Part shown: positions 60,131 through 64,000 of the stretch, one piece after another
Layout of the letters: each line of letters starts with the position of its first letter
Numbering within the stretch: position 1 is the stretch's first letter
Source: an uncultured Pseudomonadota bacterium
GTDB lineage: Bacteria; Pseudomonadota; Alphaproteobacteria; Acetobacterales; Acetobacteraceae
Assembly (NCBI GenBank): GCA_963777625.1
Contig: CAVZRO010000033.1
Location: 46,235 to 110,234, forward strand
Length of the DNA stretch: 64,000 nucleotides
Direction of reading: 5' to 3'
Program-made: the position numbers and the translations under genes
Notes under the pieces: model-generated
The model's input: the letters and a program-made list of their open reading frames with translations, nothing else
The model's database searches: none
What the model was told of the DNA's origin: nothing

Positions 60131-62219
60131 GTGGTCTCCGATGAACGAGCGTGGGGTTCGATCAGCAGGTCCACGCCGACCGCGCCTTCTGGGCCGACGA
60201 TCAGCGGGTTTATTTCCATCGCCGCGTAGAAATCCGAATACGCCGCGGCGAAACGCGAGAACGCGGCAATCGCGCGGGCGGCAGCCTCATGTCGCAGCGC
60301 GGCCGCCCACGGACCCCGCCGAGCAACGTGGCGGCCTCGGTCTCCGCTAACATCGCGCGGGCGGTCGCCGCATCGACCGGACCGAGCCGCACACTGACCT
60401 TGCGGCTGACATCGACGAGCACGCCACCCGGGCCGACCAGCACGAAGCTGCCAAAGCCTTTGTGGTTCATGACGCCAACGATCAGCTCCACCCCGTCGGA
60501 CGCCATGGCCTCAACAACGATCGTTCCACCATCGCCGTCCTTCGCGTTCTGCTTCAGCGTCGAAGCCAGTGCCTCATACGCTGCGGTCACGCTGGGGGAG
60601 TCGACCAGGCCCAGCCGGACCAGGCCGAGATCGCTCTTGTGCGGCAGGTGCGGCGCAATTCCCTTCATCACGACCGGAAAGCCCAGCTCTCGCGCCGCCA
60701 TGACCGCTGCATCCGCGCCATCGGCGGCGCGCGATGTCACCATTGGCACACCCGCCTGACCCAGCACGGCGAAGCGTCCGGGCTGGTCCGCGGGAAGCCC
60801 CGTCGGCGCGGCGGGAACGCTGATCCGGGGTGGCGGCGGTGATGCGGTATCGATCAGCCGCGCAATCGCCGCCAGAGCCGGGCGCATGCCGGACAGATAT
60901 GGAATGCGCGCGCGGTCCAGAATCGCGCGGACCTCGGCGTTTACGCCTGTACCGGCCGTATTGTTGAAGAACACGAGGCGCTTGTCGGTTTCGGCTGCCG
61001 CGCATGCCTCGGCCATGATGCACGCATAGGGCACGTCGCCGCCGCCCTGCCCCGGTGCGTCGATTGAAAACCCGATGGTCCCGATGGAGGCATCATCCAG
61101 CAACGCCTGGAGCATCGTTCGGAACCGCTCCGGATTGAAGCCCAGCCCCCACCCATCCAGAGGATTCCCGATACTGGAATACGGGGGAAACGCCGGGCGC
61201 AGCCGCGCCAAGGTATCCGGCGACAGGTTTGCGTACTCAATCCCGAGTTCGCTCCCGAGATCCGCCATCAACGCCGCCTCGCCGCCCGACAGCGTCAGGG
61301 GCACAAAGTGGCGCGTTGGCGGCGGCGCCCGGTTCGCGGCCAGAAGCGTCGCGGTTTCCAGCATCTCGTCGAGGTCGCTTACGCCGATGATACCGAGGGC
61401 GCGGAAATAGGCCTGATACAGACGATGCTCGCCGGCCAGGCTGCCGGTGTGGGCTTGCACCAAAGCACGGCCGATCTCGCTGCGCCCGAGTTTCAGCGCC
61501 ACGATGCGCTTGCCGCTCGCCAGTGCCGTCTCGGCCGCCTGCGCGAACAAGGCGGGGTCGCGAATCGTCTCCAGGAACAGCAGGATGACGCCGACGCGGT
61601 CATCGGCGGCGATGTGCCGCAGGTAGTCGGCCACGGTCACCACCGCCTCGTTGCCGGTGGTGACCAGATAGGAGAAGCCGAGCTTGCGTTCGTCCTCGCT
61701 CAGGATCAGTGCGACCGACCCGCTTTGCGAAATCACCGCGACTGGCCCCGCCGCGATGGGCGAGAAATAGCGCGGGGTCCACATCGCCTTGCGGTCGAGC
61801 ACATTGACCAGGCCGAGATTGTTCGGCCCGGCAACAGCGACATTGCGCTGCCGGGCGATAGCGGTCAGGCGACGCTGCAGCTCCCGCCCCTCCTCGTCTC
61901 CGTCGGCGTAGCCATTGGCGTTGATGAAGACCGCCTGAATGCCGGCATCCGCCGCCTGCTCCAGCAGATCCGGCCCGTTCCTTGCCGGCACGCCGAGGAA
62001 AGCCGCATCGACCCTCTCCGGCAGCGCCGAGAGCGAAGCATGGCACGGCAGACCGCAGACTTCGGTGTAGCGCGGGTTCACCGGGTAGATCGGGCCGGAG
62101 AATCCCATCGTCCGCAGGTTGTTGATCACACGCGAGCCGATCGCATCCGGCCGTTCCGATGCGCCGACCACGGCGATCGAACGCGGGCTGAGCAGCTTGT
62201 GCAAAGTCGAATGGCTCAT
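60127..62219 (-). pseudogene. ADP-forming acyl-CoA synthetase, copy 2, with a 1-nt frameshift near 60300
   Basis: From ATG 62219: [31 protein letters not shown]... The literal frame ends ..LLGGVRGRPRCDMRL..* at 60210. The adjacent frame reads ..AALRHEAAARAIAAFSRFAAAYSDFYAAMEINPLIVGPEGAVGVDLLIEPH..* with its TGA overlapping the crotonase ATG (ATGA). Confidence 0.8.
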
Positions 62220-63055
62220 GATGCGACGATCTCGGCCTGGTTGCGTCCGGCAACCGGAAACAGTGCGTTCCGCTCGATCCAGGTCTGCAGGAACTGGCGC
62301 AGACGTTCGCTTCGCGGGGCGCGGAACAGGGTTTCCGGCGGGCCTTCCTCGACGATCGCGCCGTGATCGATAAACACCACGCGGCTGGCCACCTGCGCGG
62401 CGAACCCCATTTCGTGCGTGACGACCACCATCGTCATGCCCTCGGCAGCCAGCGACCGAATGACCTGAAGCACCTCGCCCACCAGTTCCGGATCGAGCGA
62501 GGAGGTTGGCTCGTCGAACAGGATCACCGACGGATCGATCGCCAGCGCGCGGGCGATCCCGACACGCTGCTGCTGTCCGCCGGAGAGCTGGGCCGGATAG
62601 GCGGACAGCTTGTCCGACAGTCCGACCTTGGCGAGCATGGCACGCCCGATCCTGCCTGCCTCGTCGCGGCTTTTTCGCTGCACCAGGATCAGCGGCTGCG
62701 TCACGTTTTCCAGCACCGTGAGATGCGGCCACAGATTGAACTGCTGAAACACCATGGCGATGCCGCGCCGCAGACGGTTGATGCGAGCAGTGACGTCAGG
62801 TACGCGCTTGCCGTCCGCGGTAATGCGATAGCCGAGCAGTTTACCGTTCACCAGCACCGCACCTTCACCATAGTCCTCCAGAAAGTTCAGGCACCGCAGC
62901 AGGGTGCTTTTTCCCGAACCGGACGGACCGATCACGCACACCACCTCGGACGGATGGATCGCCAGCGAGATCGACCTGAGAACCTGCTGAGTTCCGTACC
63001 ACTTGGACAGACCGTCCGCGGCAATGACGGGACGCCGATCCGGCCTGTCGTTCAT
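62216..63055 (-). CDS. polar amino-acid ABC transporter ATPase
   Basis: From ATG 63055: ..[57 protein letters not shown].. Confidence 0.9.
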   Translation of the reverse strand: MNDRPDRRPVIAADGLSKWYGTQQVLRSISLAIHPSEVVCVIGPSGSGKSTLLRCLNFLEDYGEGAVLVNGKLLGYRITADGKRVPDVTARINRLRRGIAMVFQQFNLWPHLTVLENVTQPLILVQRKSRDEAGRIGRAMLAKVGLSDKLSAYPAQLSGGQQQRVGIARALAIDPSVILFDEPTSSLDPELVGEVLQVIRSLAAEGMTMVVVTHEMGFAAQVASRVVFIDHGAIVEEGPPETLFRAPRSERLRQFLQTWIERNALFPVAGRNQAEIVAS

Positions 63056-63720
63056 GCGAGGCCCATCGTGTGACGCGACAGCCGCCGCTCGGCGGCATGA
63101 CCCAGCCACGCCGTCAATTCCACCAGCAACCAGTAACCGAGCGCCAACGCCAGATAGGGCTCGACGAAGGCAAACGTCTCCAGCGTCATGCCGGTGACCT
63201 GAAACGTCAGCTCGGGGATCGTGATGATCGACAGGATTGCCGTGTCCTTCAGAATGATGATGAGCAGGTTGATCGAGGGCGGCAGCATCAGCACGAGCGC
63301 CTGCGGCATGACGACATGAACAAGCGTATGCTTGGTCGAATAGCCGAAGGCCCGTGCCGCCTGGATCTGTCCCGCGGGCACACTGGTAAGCCCGGCCCGG
63401 AACAGCTCGGCAAAATACGCTCCGCCGTACAGTCCGAGACCGAGCAGCCCGGCGGCCATCGCGCTCATTGTGATGCCGATCTGCGGGCCGCCATAGTAGA
63501 GTAGGAAAAGCTGCACCAGCAGGGGTGTGCCGCGGAACAGTTCCACATAGCAGCGAATCGCGACGCGCACACGCCGGGGCCCGAACGTGAGCAGCGTGCC
63601 AAGGATTGCGCCGACAACAATGCTGATGGCCGAGCCGGCGATCCATATTTCGATCGTGAGCCCCAGCCCGGAGAGCAGCTCCGGGGCGTATTGCACCAGC
63701 AAGCGCGGATCGAAGCTCAT
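63052..63720 (-). CDS. polar amino-acid ABC permease (His/Glu/Gln/Arg/opine family)
   Basis: 222 aa, ..[23 protein letters not shown]..; ATGA overlaps on both sides. Confidence 0.88.
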   Translation of the reverse strand: MSFDPRLLVQYAPELLSGLGLTIEIWIAGSAISIVVGAILGTLLTFGPRRVRVAIRCYVELFRGTPLLVQLFLLYYGGPQIGITMSAMAAGLLGLGLYGGAYFAELFRAGLTSVPAGQIQAARAFGYSTKHTLVHVVMPQALVLMLPPSINLLIIILKDTAILSIITIPELTFQVTGMTLETFAFVEPYLALALGYWLLVELTAWLGHAAERRLSRHTMGLA

Positions 63721-64000
63721 AGCGCCGGCGTCAGCATGCCGCGGGACAGTCGTCGTTCCGCGAGGGTTCCGGCCGCCGCCAGAACCAGGTTGATCATCAG
63801 GTACACGGCAGCAGCGGTTGAATACCAGAAGATCGGCCGCATGTTGCGCGCGACGATATTTTGCGTGACCCGCGTCAGGTCGGCGACACCGACCACCGAT
63901 ACCAGCGACGACGCCTTCAGGATGGAGATGATTTCATTGACCATCGCCGGGGCGGCCGCACGCAGCGCCTGCGGCAGCAGGATGCGTCGCCAAGTCTGCA
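63717..64000 (-). CDS. polar amino-acid ABC permease, C-terminal part only (gene continues past the window edge)
   Basis: The frame is open to position 64000. Own translation ..[37 protein letters not shown].. shows a classic permease motif. Confidence 0.8.
   Translation of the reverse strand, partial: QTWRRILLPQALRAAAPAMVNEIISILKASSLVSVVGVADLTRVTQNIVARNMRPIFWYSTAAAVYLMINLVLAAAGTLAERRLSRGMLTPAL

Overview
GC-rich (by eye roughly two-thirds G+C) bacterial chromosomal DNA, probably alphaproteobacterial judging by gene content. It is densely packed with about 60 protein-coding genes in long operons, many joined by 4-nt ATGA/GTGA stop-start overlaps. Content is mostly transport and catabolism. 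There are two Gsi/Dpp-type peptide ABC importers with fused double ATPases. One sits in an IclR-linked operon with a flavin/Fe-S oxidoreductase, a PLP C-S lyase, a DAO-type oxidase and a VOC protein. The other sits in an operon with an atypical amidohydrolase and an ADP-forming acyl-CoA synthetase, divergent from hutC. Also present are a histidine-utilisation cluster (hutC-hutH-hutU-hutF-hutD), a methylaspartate-ammonia-lyase homologue divergent from a PrpD-family gene, and a second PrpD-family gene with an Ldh_2 dehydrogenase and a fused hydantoinase/oxoprolinase. The rest includes sugar, iron-type and amino-acid ABC importers, a DegP protease, a split chrA pair, sulfurtransferases and a conserved Trx-TPR/LON-domain/Trm112/DUF971 block. 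I found no rRNA, tRNA, CRISPR array, transposase, integrase or recognisable defence system, and I do not see a clear-cut novel multi-gene system. Five things are most worth a second look. (1) An exact AT-rich 12-mer inside a HutC-like inverted repeat upstream of hutH recurs in the promoter between the methylaspartase homologue and a PrpD-family gene. (2) A secreted glycine-rich protein is built from eleven 45-bp tandem repeats, with an internal 1-nt deletion and a neighbouring small secreted peptide gene. (3) Six otherwise intact genes carry single-nucleotide frameshifts, and two of these sit in the same octamer, which would be a GANTC site if repaired. (4) Several catabolic operons of unknown substrate are present. 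(5) There are a few orphan small genes and structures. All product calls rest on my recognition of family motifs in the translated ORFs. No database search was possible, so coordinates of starts and all functional inferences need confirmation.
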